A DNA stretch of 64,000 nt from Okamejei kenojei (lineage: Eukaryota), in contig CM069174.1 in assembly GCA_035221665.1 (NCBI GenBank), positions 8,494,001 through 8,558,000 of the forward strand. The letters run 5' to 3'. This document shows positions 61,851 through 64,000 of the stretch, piece after piece. Within the stretch, counting starts at the first letter, position 1, and the number at the start of each line of letters is the position of its first letter. A model generated the notes under the pieces. It did no database searches. It saw only the letters and a program-made list of their open reading frames with translations, and was not told the DNA's origin. A program made the position numbers and the translations under genes.

Positions 61851-64000
61851 AATGTTGGTAATTTGCGTAAGGAGTGGGCCTCAGGTGGAGGGAGGAGAGA
61901 GGGGTGAGGAAAAAACTTCTCCAGCAACAGAAGCTGTTTCCAGGTACAATCAAAACACAGCAGGATTTTAAATAAAAAGGACAGACAGTAGTTAAAGATT
62001 TAACACAGGAAACAAAAGCAAGTTACTCTGATCAACTATAGGAGCGAGCTGTCCCATGGAGATCTTTCACCTCATCTCTCATGCTAAAATGAAGGTTATA
62101 ACTGACAGGAGCTCTACTCAACTCTCCAGTGGCATTTGTCGCTTTCCCTCTCTTTCCCCTCCATTCTTCAGCAGCTTTACAGGTTTAGGCGCAGAAAACC
62201 TACCCTGCTTCTTGCGCAATTATACCAGCAACTTATTAAAGCCTAATTTTTTTTTCCTGTAAAACCTCTGAATTATTCACCTCGTTGGACCCTAGGTTTT
62301 TTACGATATTTTTCCGCATCTTTTCCTGTCAGAGAGTGAATGAGGGGGCTTCAGGTCCCGAAGTGTGAGACAAAGTTCTACGTCTTTTCCCAACTAGAAA
62401 GCAGCCACACAGCAATGCACATTTTCATGCAGAAATTATTTTTTGAAGGGGAAATGGACAGCTGATGAGTCGAAGAGGTGCTCGTTCTTTATATCTCGAA
62501 CGAGAGCAGCACCAGATCTTGGCCAGTCCCACCTGCACCAGACAACTTCATGTAAAGGTTTGGGGGAAAAGGGCAAGAGGACATCCTCAGAGCTGAATTC
62601 AACAAGAGAATACAAGGGTCGAACTTCGCTGTGTGCTTGGAAAATAGACACTTACACAAGGCACAGCCACAAAAGAATACACAACATGTTTAGCTGGTGT
62701 TTGATATCACACCTCATACACAAAAAAAGTAACGGCATAAGGATAATATATTATACATTCTTGACTAAAGCTTATTCCATAAATTCTCCATTATCAGGCA
62801 AAATAAATGTCTGAGCTATACAAATAAAACTATAGACTTTGATTAAAATATGTAATATACAGTAATGTTGAAAGCTCTTCAAATATATACCTTTTTGACA
62901 CTCAGTCCACGGGCTACCTCAGCATCACATATTTGCAAAGTAACAGCCAGTACCCCACAGGCAAAGTGGGTTTTAGACTTTGCTAGGCAACCATCACCTC
63001 CCTTCCCCACTCCTTGTGTACTTTATGGGATGATATATTTTTCGCGATGGGCAAATTAGAGCAAGGATTGGAAAGGCCACTGTCTAATTTTATGTAAAAT
63101 AGAACCCATTCCACATATGTGCAGGTGAGTGGGAGCTGCCACTCTCTCTCTCTCTCTCTCTCATCTCCCCACCACTGCTTGGGGGAGCCCAATCATTCTA
63201 ATTTTGTTTTATTATTCCTTCAAAAGACATGGCGTTTATCGTCCACACTTCCCTGGCCCTTGAGCCAAGTGGCTCTGAGAGAGCAGTTAAAAGTCTGGAA
63301 TCACATCTGGGGTAAGGTAGGCAGATTTCCTTCCCTTAGGCACAGTGGTCCATTAGTGGGGTTTTATGAGAATTTGGTCATTTCTAGAATACACTATAAC
63401 AGAGACCCAGGCAATAGTGAGCTAGCTTTATATTCCAGATTTATTTAATTAATCTACCTGAATTTGAATTCCCCTGCTGTCATGGTGGAATTTGAATGTG
63501 TCCCTGGATTAATGGTTCAGGCCTCTGGCTATTTAGTCATTCTGCAATTTACCCCAAATGTCATGATCATTGCCTTGCATGCCTCCTTCTTTGTTACTAG
63601 CCCCTGGCAAGATTCGGGCCAAGGGGCTCACTGCTCCTGCTCACTATCCACAAGCCAACGCGAGGTCAGTGCTCAGAGAGCAGCACTGTAGAGCAGTGTG
63701 CTACAAATCTCTTCTCTCGTCATCAGTAACATCTGCAATTCCACCAGCCGAACCACCCTCCTCCCCAGAAATGAGGAAAAGCAACATTGCCAGTAAGGCC
63801 CTGGTTGTTCTTGGCTTTGATTAATCTGTGAAGCCAAACTTTGAGTATATTGTTAAACATAAAGGTTACAACATAGTTAGCAGTGACTGACTGACATTTT
63901 GTGACTGTTTATCATGGTAATAATGAAATCTCTTGGATTAATATTTTTGAGATGTCTATATCTGAAAAAGAACATAAAAAATATATTTTTCTTCACTGAA

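Overview
Vertebrate genomic DNA. The repeat content (tRNA-derived SINEs, CR1/L2, Rex-like LINEs, Penelope remnants) suggests a cartilaginous fish, probably a skate or ray (inference). Four spliced genes can be rebuilt from exon homology and splice phases: the 5' end of CCDC65/DRC2 (minus, running off the left edge), a complete 3-exon NPFF RFamide precursor (plus; the ORF track shows only exon 1), TARBP2 (minus, 8 coding exons found, one GC-AG intron) and a PLEKHA3/FAPP1-like PH-domain gene (minus) that may be a third FAPP ohnolog. Most ORF-track entries are repeat-derived or spurious. The main novelty is in the repeats. Two TSD-flanked ~135-bp mini-retroposons begin with a compact HDV/CPEB3-like ribozyme fold. 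A Penelope (GIY-YIG) element and many short derivatives carry a minimal hammerhead motif. All folds and family calls were read by eye, with no searches or folding programs run.
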